DNA of 46,276 nucleotides from Candidatus Omnitrophota bacterium (lineage in GTDB: Bacteria; Omnitrophota; Gorgyraeia; Gygaellales; Profunditerraquicolaceae). The position numbers were made by a program, and so were the translations under genes. Position 1 is the first letter of the stretch. Each line of letters opens with the position of its first letter. Location of the stretch: NCBI GenBank assembly GCA_016867005.1, contig VGKM01000001.1, forward strand, positions 1-46,276, read 5' to 3'. The notes under the pieces were generated by a model that was not told the DNA's origin, did not search any database, and was given only the letters and a program-made list of their open reading frames with translations. Below, piece after piece: positions 9,205 through 18,253 of the stretch.

Positions 9205-9941
9205 ATGCTGTCTCCTATCTTTTTTAGCATTTTTATGCTTGGCGAGTCATTGCTTAATTTCATCAAGGAATTCCCGTTTAAACTGATCTTGGCTATCCCT
9301 TTATCAAGGGGGACATCGCCGATAAATTTTAGATCCAGGCCTTTTATTTTATCTTCCGCGGTTATTTTCCCGCTGCGATTTATAATAAGCAGGTTATTTT
9401 TTGTGTTTATTTTTAATTCTTTTACGATCTCGCGGATCCTGGCTGCAGCGCGCAGGCCGACTGCAGTTGCGTCCGAGACAACCAGTAATGTGTCAGCAAA
9501 ACGGGTTGTTTTCCGGGAGAGGTGTTCTAATCCCGCTTCGTTGTCTATAACAATATACTCATAATCCTTGATCAGCTTTGACATGATATTGCGCAGGGCA
9601 TTGTTTATATAGCAATAGCAGCCCGGGCCTTCGGGCCTGCCCATAGTCAGGCAATCGAAACCTTCAGCTTCGGAAATCGCGGTTTGCACCCTGTATTCAA
9701 TAAACCTATCTTTAGGCGTTCCCTGCGGAATGATTTCCGGGTGCGAAGAGATCTCATCAAGGATCGAGCCGATCGTTTCTTCGGTTTTTACCCCGAGTGC
9801 TTCCGCAAGGTTGCTGTTTGGATCGGCATCAATGGCCAAAATGGACCCGGCTTTGTTTTCTTTTAATAGGCGCACAAGGATGGCGGCGATGGTTGTTTTG
9901 CCTGTCCCGCCTTTGCCTGCGATAGCAATTAAATACCCCAT
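9186..9941 (-). CDS. cooC: Ni-insertion ATPase CooC (CODH/ACS maturation factor)
   Basis: Deviant Walker A GKGGTGKTT, MinD/ParA-like fold, CxC-type motif (GPGCYCY) characteristic of CooC. Confidence 0.85.
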   Translation of the reverse strand: MGYLIAIAGKGGTGKTTIAAILVRLLKENKAGSILAIDADPNSNLAEALGVKTEETIGSILDEISSHPEIIPQGTPKDRFIEYRVQTAISEAEGFDCLTMGRPEGPGCYCYINNALRNIMSKLIKDYEYIVIDNEAGLEHLSRKTTRFADTLLVVSDATAVGLRAAARIREIVKELKINTKNNLLIINRSGKITAEDKIKGLDLKFIGDVPLDKGIAKISLNGNSLMKLSNDSPSIKMLKKIGDSIWQKKF

Positions 9942-11881
9942 TATAATTTTAGGCTTGGAAACCTGTTTAAATCAGTGTGCGGGAAAAATAAAGCCGCAAT
10001 ATATTCGTCCATATAAGTCGGTTCAACTGATAGTTCAAGATAAGTCATCATTTGTGCGATTTTTTCTGATTCCGTAAAGGCATCTATAGATAAAAGCATG
10101 CTCCGGGCGCCGGCCAGGGAACTATTTCCGACAAAAATAAAGCGGTTCCTTTCCAGGTCCGGCAATAATCCGATGCGGATAGCTTTTTTCATATCAAGAA
10201 ATGTGCCGAACCCTCCTGCAATAAAGATCTTTTTTAAATCATGGAAACCAAACCCCATATGCCTTACTAATACTGCAGCAGCAGAATAAATCGCCGCCTT
10301 GGCGCGTTTTATATTCTCAATGTCGTCCTCGGTAATTACGATCTCGGCCTGGTTTGCCGATCTTGATTTTTCCACAACCAGGAATTCTTTGCCCGATTCC
10401 GTATTACGGACCAGCCCCGGCAATTCAATTTTAATTTTTCCTGATTTATCAATCAGCCCTGTTTTGAGCATTTCGGAAATCAGGTCGATATATCCCGATC
10501 CGCATATGCCTATTGGCAATGACCCTCCTATCGTAGAGAACTCGACGCTGAAGTCCTTGGGATTGATTTTTGCTTTTTGTATCGCCCCTTTTGCCGCCCT
10601 CATTCCGCAAGTTACGCCGCTGCCTTCAAATGCAGGGCCAGCCGAGGCAGCGCAGGTGACAAGGAATTCTTTATTGCCCAGCGCAATTTCTCCGTTAGTG
10701 CCGATATCAATAAGCATGCACAATTCTTCTTCTTTATCCATGCCGCAGGATAATATACCTGCGGTGATATCTCCGCCTACGTAGCTGGAGACGCCGGGCG
10801 CCAACGAAAGGATCCCGTGAGGGTTGATTTTTAGGCCTGCCTCCGCAGCTTTTACTACGGGGATAAAATTCGCTGTAGGTACGTATGGTTCCCGGCGGAT
10901 ATAAGTAGGGTCGATCCTCAATAAAAGATGTATCATGGTAGTATTTCCCGCACAGGTTATGCAATTTACGTCGTTTAAATCGATGTTATTTTCGGCGACA
11001 AGCTCCCGGATCATCTCGTTCATTTCATCGACTACTGCATGGTGCAATTTTTCCAGCCCGTCTTGTTCCCGGGCATATATTATACGAGTGATGACGTCGC
11101 TCCCGAAACTGGCCTGTTTATTATAAGCTGCTTTTGTCCCGAGTATTTTTTTTGTCTTCAGGTCAACGAGCTGCCCCGATAAAGTTGTAGTCCCTATATC
11201 AAAACAAAAACCGAAGTTTTTTGATGAAGTATCCTGCGGCTGGATTGCCAGGATCTCATTGGCATCGGTTCTTTGGCCGATGGTTACCGTGATTTTCCAT
11301 TCAGAGTCCCTGAGTAATTCGCTGAGGATCCTTATGTTAGCAAGGTTAGAAGAAGTGATGTTGGGCATAAGCGGTTTATTTAATGCCCGCCTTATTTGCC
11401 GATGCAACCGTTCTAAATCACTGACTTTATCTTCTAAGTTGGGAGGAGGAAGTTCCAGGTAAAGTTTTTGAGCCAATGGGCTATGGGTAAATACAGGCTC
11501 TTTTAATCCGGGGACACCTGCTTCTACGTCTTCCGGTTCTGAAAAAATTCCCTTTAACCTTAATTCCAGTTCCTGAGGCGATAGCTTATTGAAATCTAAT
11601 TTTGATTCTTCGGGGACATCGACTTCGATGTCGCTTTGAATTTCACATAAACAGGCAAGATGCATCCCTCTCTGCCTCTCTTCAGGGTTTAACCTGCCGG
11701 TTGGCTGAGAAAGGACCTTCCCTTTTTTTAAAATGACTTTACATTGCCCGCATACTCCATCGCCACCGCAGCTGGATTTTAAATATATTCCCGCAGATAT
11801 TGCTGCAGACAGGATCGAAGTGTCTTTTATCACTTCAACCGATTTGTTATCAGGATAAAATGTCACTTTAAATTTATCCAT
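9941..11881 (-). CDS. acsV: Reductive activator of corrinoid Fe-S protein (RACo): 2Fe-2S ferredoxin plus ASKHA ATPase domain
   Basis: N-terminal plant-type ferredoxin motif CGGDGVCGQCKV...C, then a DUF4445/ASKHA-like region (DIGTTT..., IDIGTNGE). ~640 aa and adjacent to acsC, as in acetogen clusters. Confidence 0.85.
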   Translation of the reverse strand: MDKFKVTFYPDNKSVEVIKDTSILSAAISAGIYLKSSCGGDGVCGQCKVILKKGKVLSQPTGRLNPEERQRGMHLACLCEIQSDIEVDVPEESKLDFNKLSPQELELRLKGIFSEPEDVEAGVPGLKEPVFTHSPLAQKLYLELPPPNLEDKVSDLERLHRQIRRALNKPLMPNITSSNLANIRILSELLRDSEWKITVTIGQRTDANEILAIQPQDTSSKNFGFCFDIGTTTLSGQLVDLKTKKILGTKAAYNKQASFGSDVITRIIYAREQDGLEKLHHAVVDEMNEMIRELVAENNIDLNDVNCITCAGNTTMIHLLLRIDPTYIRREPYVPTANFIPVVKAAEAGLKINPHGILSLAPGVSSYVGGDITAGILSCGMDKEEELCMLIDIGTNGEIALGNKEFLVTCAASAGPAFEGSGVTCGMRAAKGAIQKAKINPKDFSVEFSTIGGSLPIGICGSGYIDLISEMLKTGLIDKSGKIKIELPGLVRNTESGKEFLVVEKSRSANQAEIVITEDDIENIKRAKAAIYSAAAVLVRHMGFGFHDLKKIFIAGGFGTFLDMKKAIRIGLLPDLERNRFIFVGNSSLAGARSMLLSIDAFTESEKIAQMMTYLELSVEPTYMDEYIAALFFPHTDLNRFPSLKL

Positions 11882-11884
11882 TAA

Positions 11885-13210
11885 TTATAAATTTTTTAAG
11901 AATGACGGGATACCCGCCGCTTCTTTCGGGCCGACCACAACTTTTAGGCCCGCCTGCTCTTCCAGGTCGCCGCTTAAGACTGCTACATAACCCGGGATGA
12001 TCACCCTGTTAAGCCGGACCTTATCTTTTACTCCGAATTTATTAATGGATTCGCTTATTTTTGAAGGCGTGAATTTTTCAGCTGCCCATGCAGTTAAAAC
12101 AGACATCCCTTCTGTGTCAACGCTTAGGATATAGGTCGGGATCTTGCTTGCCTCTACTTCGCCCAGGACAGTATAGTAACTCAGGGAAAAGTTGGTAGTT
12201 ATCAGGCAGTCAGATTTTTCGTTGCATTCCCCGATCGGGTACAGGCCTGGTTCTATCTGTAGCGGTTTTTGGGGATCCGTATAGATGTTTTGCCTTAAAG
12301 TAAGCAGCGATAGGATTTCCCAGGTTTTGTGCCCGCTTAACAATACAATTGAGGCGTATTTTGAAATAAAAGTCGCCGCTTCCGCAGCTTCTTTGTAAGG
12401 ATCGACGTTCTCGGCATTTACTAAAACAGGGTATCCGAAACTACGGTTAGATTTTTTTAACGCCATCCTTCTGATCTGGGTAATGTCCCATAGTTTATCT
12501 TTTAGCGGTTTTTTGCCGATATCCAGGACTAATTCCGTTACCCCGAGAGAGTTAATTTCTTTTGTCAGTTTACCGATGGCCTCCAGTGAATCTCCGGAAA
12601 CAACCATGCTTGCCTGGAATTTGCTGCATAGTTTTGCGCATTCTTGGTGCTTTCCTGATAAATCATAGACAAGCGGTTTTCGGTCTTTTGATAAAAGGAG
12701 CGCTTCTTCCAGGGTTGGGGTGTCTTTTGTCATTAAGGCAATCCCCAAATCAGTGCTGGAGAGGATCTTTTTTAATACTTTTATAAAATTCTCTTTAGTG
12801 CTGTTTTGCCTCAACGCGATCAGGTTTACATCGAGCTTCTGTCCGACGCGTTCAAAGGCCAGCTTGTTTATCTCTCCGACTTTTTTTCCTGTTTCTTCGT
12901 CAGTCAGGCTATCATCAATAATAAAGCCAATGGCAGCAGGGTTGCGGAATTTTTCTTCATGGCGGAACATTACGGTCTCATTTCCCAGGTCCATCTTTTT
13001 TTCACCGGTGCCCAAACTGATAAGTTTTATCGGCGGCTGTCCTGATTCTTCGAGGACCTCTTTTGACTCCGGGCTTAAATAAGGGCATTTCTCAATACTT
13101 ACGGCTTTTTTCGCCAGCTGCATCGCAAATGCCAGGCAAGTTACAAAACCGCATTCGCGGCAATTCGTTTTCGGAAGTAACTTATAGATGTCCAAACCTG
13201 AAAGCGCCAT
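11885..13210 (-). CDS. acsC: Corrinoid iron-sulfur protein large subunit (CdhE/AcsC)
   Basis: Diagnostic N-terminal 4Fe-4S motif LPKTNCRECGFVTCLAFAMQLA...C. ~440 aa. Confidence 0.9.
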   Translation of the reverse strand: MALSGLDIYKLLPKTNCRECGFVTCLAFAMQLAKKAVSIEKCPYLSPESKEVLEESGQPPIKLISLGTGEKKMDLGNETVMFRHEEKFRNPAAIGFIIDDSLTDEETGKKVGEINKLAFERVGQKLDVNLIALRQNSTKENFIKVLKKILSSTDLGIALMTKDTPTLEEALLLSKDRKPLVYDLSGKHQECAKLCSKFQASMVVSGDSLEAIGKLTKEINSLGVTELVLDIGKKPLKDKLWDITQIRRMALKKSNRSFGYPVLVNAENVDPYKEAAEAATFISKYASIVLLSGHKTWEILSLLTLRQNIYTDPQKPLQIEPGLYPIGECNEKSDCLITTNFSLSYYTVLGEVEASKIPTYILSVDTEGMSVLTAWAAEKFTPSKISESINKFGVKDKVRLNRVIIPGYVAVLSGDLEEQAGLKVVVGPKEAAGIPSFLKNL

Positions 13211-13238
13211 GTGTTTTAAAACCTCCTTAACTAAATTG

Positions 13239-13907
13239 TTATTTGTTGATTAAGCTTGCAAAATAACCCGCACCGAAACCATTATCAATGTTAACTACCG
13301 CAACTCCCGGTGAACAGCTGTTGAGCATGGTTAATAATGCAGAGAGGCCGGAAAAGTTAGCTCCATAACCGCAGCTGGTAGGGACTGCAACTACCGGTGA
13401 ACTAGTCAGTCCGCTTACTAAGCTTGCAAGTGCGCCTTCCATGCCTGCGACCACCACGATCACCTTGGCCTTATTAAATATTTTGATGTTATGCATCAGC
13501 CGGTGTACCCCTGCAACCCCTACGTCATAGAGTTTGATGCATTTATTGCCCATTATCTCCAGCGTCGCCAGGGCTTCGTCGGCTACCGGGATATCGGCAG
13601 TCCCTCCGGAAATAACAACAGCCAATCCTTTTTTCTTTTTTTGAGAGAAAACACAAAATCCGATTTTTGCTGAAGAGCGGTATTTTAATCTCGGATGGTT
13701 TTTCTTCAGGTAAGCAAAAGTTTTTTTATCGAGCCGCGTAAGGAGCACATCTTGTTTATTCCTGATGAGTTCAGCGGTGATCTTATCCAGGTGCTCTTTT
13801 GTTTTTCCCGGGCAGTATATTACTTCTGAAAAACCCTTTCGCCTTAATCTGTCGGTATCTATTTTGGCAAATCCCAGGTCAGAGAAACCGCCTTTTGAAG
13901 ACATCAC
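13239..13907 (-). CDS. larB: LarB-type PurE-like carboxylase/hydrolase (nickel-pincer cofactor biosynthesis step 1)
   Basis: GFAKIDTDRLRRKGFSEVIYCPGKT N-terminal motif plus PurE-like VVAGMEGALASLVSG...VPTS core (COG1691 type). Confidence 0.75.
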   Translation of the reverse strand: MMSSKGGFSDLGFAKIDTDRLRRKGFSEVIYCPGKTKEHLDKITAELIRNKQDVLLTRLDKKTFAYLKKNHPRLKYRSSAKIGFCVFSQKKKKGLAVVISGGTADIPVADEALATLEIMGNKCIKLYDVGVAGVHRLMHNIKIFNKAKVIVVVAGMEGALASLVSGLTSSPVVAVPTSCGYGANFSGLSALLTMLNSCSPGVAVVNIDNGFGAGYFASLINK

Positions 13908-14215
13908 TAATATCCCTGAAAAATAATAAAAAGAATGATTAAAATGATCAGCCCGGAAAGAATATAAAAATCGTTGAAATAAAAGAAATCATTGACCCTG
14001 TCTTTCATTGGATAGTTTTCCAGGGATGATTTCTTGGAATAGGGCTTGATGCGCCTTTTATAGTCCTCTATTTGTTGGCGTTTGAACCTTAAATATACTC
14101 CCCCGATCTTATAGGCCGGGATTACGCCGCTCTCCGAGAGGTCGATCACTTCTTTTTCGGAAATACCCAACAGCATGGATACTTCCCTTATCGTTAAGAG
14201 TTTTTCGTCAGACAT
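13907..14215 (-). CDS. Excisionase-type (HTH_17) DNA-binding domain protein with C-terminal TM anchor
   Basis: LTIREVSMLLGISEKEVIDLSESGVIPAYKIGGVYLRFKRQQIEDY is a MerR/Xis-like winged HTH. The C-terminus ILSGLIILIILFIIF is a TM helix. Confidence 0.6.
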   Translation of the reverse strand: MSDEKLLTIREVSMLLGISEKEVIDLSESGVIPAYKIGGVYLRFKRQQIEDYKRRIKPYSKKSSLENYPMKDRVNDFFYFNDFYILSGLIILIILFIIFQGY

Positions 14216-14237
14216 AAAAGTTCCTTAAGAAATCGGA

Positions 14238-14750
14238 TTATTTATTCGTCCTTCCAGAAGCAACCCAGGCGTCGATTGTTTTACGTTCAAACTTCCAACC
14301 CTCGCCTTCTTTCAGCCCAGGGACTTTTCCTGAATTAGCCCATTCCAGGACAGAATTCATATCTACTTCCAGGTAGCGGGCAAGCTCTTCGGCATTCAGA
14401 AAATCATGAAGCATCAGGCAGTGGCCCTCTAAGATCGCACCTTCGGTGACATTGAGTTTGGCAGGATAAATATCTCCTTCAACTATGGCAGTAGGCAACA
14501 GGGTTAAGCGCTCTTTTGCTGTGATGCGGCCTCGTATCCGTCCGCCGATGATAATATTGTCGCCGATAATGTCAGCAAAGACTATAGCGGTTTGGCCGAT
14601 GGTAAGATTGCCTTTTGTCTCAAGGTTCCCTTCGAATTTTCCATTAATGCGCAGGTTTACAGGTTCTTTAAAATTCAGAGTCCCTTGCATTGCTGCATCC
14701 ACATCAAGAATTTTTTCATCGTCTTTTTTCTTGAACGCCACAGCCATCAC
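14238..14750 (-). CDS. Bactofilin (polymer-forming cytoskeletal protein) fused to a C-terminal HTH_17 domain
   Basis: Beta-helix repeats typical of DUF583 bactofilin: GNLTIGQTAIVFADIIGDNIIIGGRIRGRITAKERLTLLPTAIVEGDIY. C-terminal LNAEELARYLEVDMNSVLEWANSGKVPGLK..WKFERKTIDAWV is an excisionase-like HTH. Confidence 0.7.
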   Translation of the reverse strand: MMAVAFKKKDDEKILDVDAAMQGTLNFKEPVNLRINGKFEGNLETKGNLTIGQTAIVFADIIGDNIIIGGRIRGRITAKERLTLLPTAIVEGDIYPAKLNVTEGAILEGHCLMLHDFLNAEELARYLEVDMNSVLEWANSGKVPGLKEGEGWKFERKTIDAWVASGRTNK

Positions 14751-15208
14751 CTCCCTTTAGTGTTTCCGGTTTGGTTAATTTTATCCACGATCACGGATTC
14801 TGCATGCCTTAGTATATGCAGGGCAATTAGTGCCAGTATAGCGGTAAAAATACCGCCGGTATAAAATCCGCTTCCGATAGCCAGGCCTATCCCTGCTACA
14901 ACCCATAAACTTGCTGCAGTAGTAAGCCCTTTTACTTCTGTTCTTTCTCTGATAATAGCGCCTGCGCCGAGAAAACCGATTCCCGTAATGACTCCCGCCG
15001 CAATTCTTGAGGGATCCAGTGTAGTTATATTACTATATATATCAAAAACATAGAGAGATGTCAACATTATAAGGCAGGAGCCCAGGCAGACAAGGATGTG
15101 GGTGCGCAGCCCGGCAGTCCTTTTATGGACCTGGCGTTCAAAACCTATGAGCCCGCTTAAGATTACGGAAACGACCAGCCGGATAATAATCTGTGTATCA
15201 GTTAACAT
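14747..15208 (-). CDS. mgtC: MgtC/SapB family membrane protein
   Basis: LSGLIGFERQ...AGLRTH motif and multiple TM helices. The ATG at 15208 is preferred over the track's upstream TTG. Confidence 0.8.
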   Translation of the reverse strand: MLTDTQIIIRLVVSVILSGLIGFERQVHKRTAGLRTHILVCLGSCLIMLTSLYVFDIYSNITTLDPSRIAAGVITGIGFLGAGAIIRERTEVKGLTTAASLWVVAGIGLAIGSGFYTGGIFTAILALIALHILRHAESVIVDKINQTGNTKGR

Positions 15209-16181
15209 TGTTAAATGCTCCTTTCTTGTATAACCTATAGCCAAAACCTCCTACCATCGCAGCATTGTCCATGCAAAAATATTTTTCGGGAAAGTACACT
15301 TTGATGCCTGTATTTTGTGCTGAAAAATTAAACATTTCCCTTAACCTATTATTTGCGGCGACCCCTCCGCCTGCGACCAACTTTTTGCAGCCGTATTTTT
15401 TGCATGCCAAAAATGACTTTTCTACTATAACGTTAAAGCACGCCTCCTGAAATGAAGCAGCAATATCGGATAGCTGGTTTTTATCCGGCCCTTCTGATTG
15501 AATTTTTTTCAGGCGTTCGATATGGTATAAAACAGCGGTTTTGATGCCGCTGAAACTAAAATCAAGCTGGCCTTTGGTTTTTGAGCAGCCGAATTTAATT
15601 CGTTTTGGATCCCCCTTTAATGCTAACTTTTCAATCAGGGGCCCCCCGGGGTAACTTAAGCCCATAATTTTAGCCACTTTATCAAATGCCTCACCGCAGG
15701 CATCATCTTGGGTTGACCCGAGCAGGTTTATTTTGTCAAAATCTTTAACATAGAATAAACTTGTATGCCCTCCTGACACTATCAAAGATATTACAGGAAG
15801 ACTGATCTTGTTGCCGTTTAAAAATGCCCCGTAAATATGCGCGTGCAGGTGGTTGACTCCTATTACGGGAATATTTAAAGCAAAGGCGGCTGATTCGGCA
15901 AAAGCGCCTCCAACAACTACTGAGCCGGGAAGGCCCGGTTCTTTAGTGAAACATACAAGCCCTAAATCATACGGTTTTATTTTTGCTTTTGTAACTGCTA
16001 GCTTAGTCACCCAGGCAATTGTTTCCAGCTGCTTACGGGACGCTATTTCCGGGACTATCCCTCCATATTTGCTATGCAAGGCAATGCTTGAAGCTGTTTC
16101 GCAGGAAACTACCTTCCTGCCATCTAGCACAACAGAAGCAGATGTTTCATCGCATGATGTTTCTATCCCTAAACAATACAT
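15198..16181 (-). CDS. tsaD: tRNA N6-adenosine threonylcarbamoyltransferase TsaD
   Basis: LGIETSCDETS N-terminus, HLxAH metal site (VNHLHAHIY), ASKHA fold. Confidence 0.95.
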   Translation of the reverse strand: MYCLGIETSCDETSASVVLDGRKVVSCETASSIALHSKYGGIVPEIASRKQLETIAWVTKLAVTKAKIKPYDLGLVCFTKEPGLPGSVVVGGAFAESAAFALNIPVIGVNHLHAHIYGAFLNGNKISLPVISLIVSGGHTSLFYVKDFDKINLLGSTQDDACGEAFDKVAKIMGLSYPGGPLIEKLALKGDPKRIKFGCSKTKGQLDFSFSGIKTAVLYHIERLKKIQSEGPDKNQLSDIAASFQEACFNVIVEKSFLACKKYGCKKLVAGGGVAANNRLREMFNFSAQNTGIKVYFPEKYFCMDNAAMVGGFGYRLYKKGAFNNVN

Positions 16182-16967
16182 TTACTCCACCAATTCTGAA
16201 AGATAAACAAATTTATACCCTTCTTTGGATAATTCAGGCATTACCTCTGCGAGAACCTCTAATGTTGATTTGCGGTCATGCCCAACGCCTATCGCATGCC
16301 CGTGGATCCTCGCTTTATTTTTAAGTTTATTGATCTGTATCCGGATATATCGCGGGCTTGATTCATTATCCAGGAAAACATCTCGTCTGGCAGACTTGAT
16401 ACCCATTTTTTCTGCTAAGCCCCTGGCAACAGAATCGGAAGAAACATAGCTGTCAAAGAAATAAAGCTTCTTTTTTTTTAGTTCGCTGAAGATAACTTTC
16501 ATTACTCTGGTATCGGAGGTAAGCTTTGAGCCCATATGGTTTGACAGTCCCTTGCAGAATTTTATGCCGGCCAAGTCATCGTTTAGAATATTTTTTATTT
16601 GGGCGTCTTCCATACTGCACAAAATGGTATTCTTTTCCAGGCGGTATTTTTCATATGGCTCCATCGGCAAGTGAAGGATTATTTCAAAACCCATGTCATG
16701 CAATTTTTGAGAAGCAAGGACAGAGAAATCAAGGTTAGGGAGGACTGACATCGTCATCGGGTATTTTATCCTGCTTGCTATATCCAGGGTGTCCTTACGG
16801 TAGCCCCAATCATCAATAACAATCGCAATTTTACCTTTAACTTTAATAGGCGGAAGGCTGATGCTAACCGGTTTTTTAGGCCGGGCGGCCAACAGATAAA
16901 TAATTAAGAAACTTTGCAGGATAATAATCAGGCCGAGAAATGCTATGAGGTTTTTCTTCTGTTTCAT
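16182..16967 (-). CDS. Divergent polysaccharide deacetylase (YibQ/DUF610-like)
   Basis: N-terminal TM helix, then KIAIVIDDWGY and NHMGS motifs typical of the YibQ family. Confidence 0.7.
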   Translation of the reverse strand: MKQKKNLIAFLGLIIILQSFLIIYLLAARPKKPVSISLPPIKVKGKIAIVIDDWGYRKDTLDIASRIKYPMTMSVLPNLDFSVLASQKLHDMGFEIILHLPMEPYEKYRLEKNTILCSMEDAQIKNILNDDLAGIKFCKGLSNHMGSKLTSDTRVMKVIFSELKKKKLYFFDSYVSSDSVARGLAEKMGIKSARRDVFLDNESSPRYIRIQINKLKNKARIHGHAIGVGHDRKSTLEVLAEVMPELSKEGYKFVYLSELVE

Positions 16968-18253
16968 TTATTATTAGCTTCTTTAACTATGCGTATTGCT
17001 TTTAAAACGTCTACTGAGCGCATCAACTGATTATCGGCCTTTAGTTTGTCCTGTTCGTTTTTTAGAGTACTATTTTTCCCCTGCTTACCCTTATTTTCCA
17101 ATTCAATAAATACATCTTCGGGCTTTTCAAGTTTTAATTCATCTTTTTTAGCAAGGTCGATTTTACCGTCTTCCACGATGATATCCGGGGTCACTCCCTT
17201 ATTGTGGATTAATTTACCGTTGGGAGTAAAATACCTGCTGGTAGTAAGCCTTAATGCCGAACCGTCGCTTAGCGGGATGACCGTTTGCACCGAACCCTTC
17301 CCGAATGATTTGGTGCCGATTATAATTGCGCGTTTATAATCCTGCAGGCACCCGGCAACTATTTCGCTGCCTGAGGCCGACCCTTCGTTGATTAAAACAA
17401 CCATAGGCAGGCCTAAAATCGGATTATTTGAACTGGAGGTGAATTTCATATTCTGCGAAGGGATCCGGCCCTGGGTTGATAACACAGGCCTCCCCTTTTC
17501 TATAAATTTCTCGCTTACCTTGACCGCGACATCAAGCAGGCCGCCGGGGTTGTTTCTGAGGTCCAGGATAAGCGCTGTCATTTTTTCTTTTTTTAGTTTT
17601 TCAAGTGCTATGTTTAAATCAGTTGCTGTGTTTTCCCTGAATTCTACAAGGCGGACATATCCGATACCGTCGTCGATTATGGTAGCTTCTTTTATATCTT
17701 TAATTTTGATGATATCGCGTACGAAACGCAGGTCCAACAACTTATTCTCTGATTCTCTGAGGACCGTAATATTTACCGCTTCTCCGGCTTTTCCGCGGAG
17801 TTTCTTTACCGCATCCAGTATGGTTATGTCTTTTGTCAATTCATCGTTGATCTTTACGATCCTGTCATTTGCTTTTATTCCGGCTTTCCATGCAGGGGTG
17901 TCTTCTAAAGGAGTCACGACCGTAAGCAATCCGTCTTTTATGGTGATTTCAATCCCTAATCCGCCGAATTTTCCTTCGGTATCGACTTTTAATTCATTAT
18001 ATGTCTCAGGGTCCATAAACTGGCTGTGCGGGTCCAATGAAGCCAGCATCCCTTTTAAGGCGCCATAGATAATATCTTTAGGCGTAACTTCATCAACGTA
18101 ATCGGTCTGAACGATTGCCAGGGTATCTGCGAAAAGTTCGACTTCCCTGTACAGGTCGTCTTTTTTCTTTTTTTCAACGGCTGAAATTGCGATTGCGGTA
18201 ACTACAAGTGCCATAATAAGGAAAACTATAAAAAGAAAGATCCGTTTAAACAT
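16964..18253 (-). CDS. ctpA: Carboxyl-terminal processing protease (S41 family, PDZ domain)
   Basis: PDZ segment (PAWKAGIKANDRIVKIND), S41 catalytic region (LINEGSASGSEI...GTKSFGKGSVQ). Confidence 0.9.
   Translation of the reverse strand: MFKRIFLFIVFLIMALVVTAIAISAVEKKKKDDLYREVELFADTLAIVQTDYVDEVTPKDIIYGALKGMLASLDPHSQFMDPETYNELKVDTEGKFGGLGIEITIKDGLLTVVTPLEDTPAWKAGIKANDRIVKINDELTKDITILDAVKKLRGKAGEAVNITVLRESENKLLDLRFVRDIIKIKDIKEATIIDDGIGYVRLVEFRENTATDLNIALEKLKKEKMTALILDLRNNPGGLLDVAVKVSEKFIEKGRPVLSTQGRIPSQNMKFTSSSNNPILGLPMVVLINEGSASGSEIVAGCLQDYKRAIIIGTKSFGKGSVQTVIPLSDGSALRLTTSRYFTPNGKLIHNKGVTPDIIVEDGKIDLAKKDELKLEKPEDVFIELENKGKQGKNSTLKNEQDKLKADNQLMRSVDVLKAIRIVKEANNK

Noticed and set aside
7476-13210. 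Calling this a complete acetyl-CoA (Wood-Ljungdahl) pathway cluster
   Set aside because: No CODH (acsA) or acetyl-CoA synthase (acsB) is visible in the window. Only the corrinoid protein, activator, methyltransferase and CooC are supported.
17388-18068. 226-aa plus-strand ORF antisense to ctpA
   Set aside because: Shadow ORF opposite a well-supported S41 protease gene. The translation is Ser/Phe/Ile-rich and low-complexity, with no start context.
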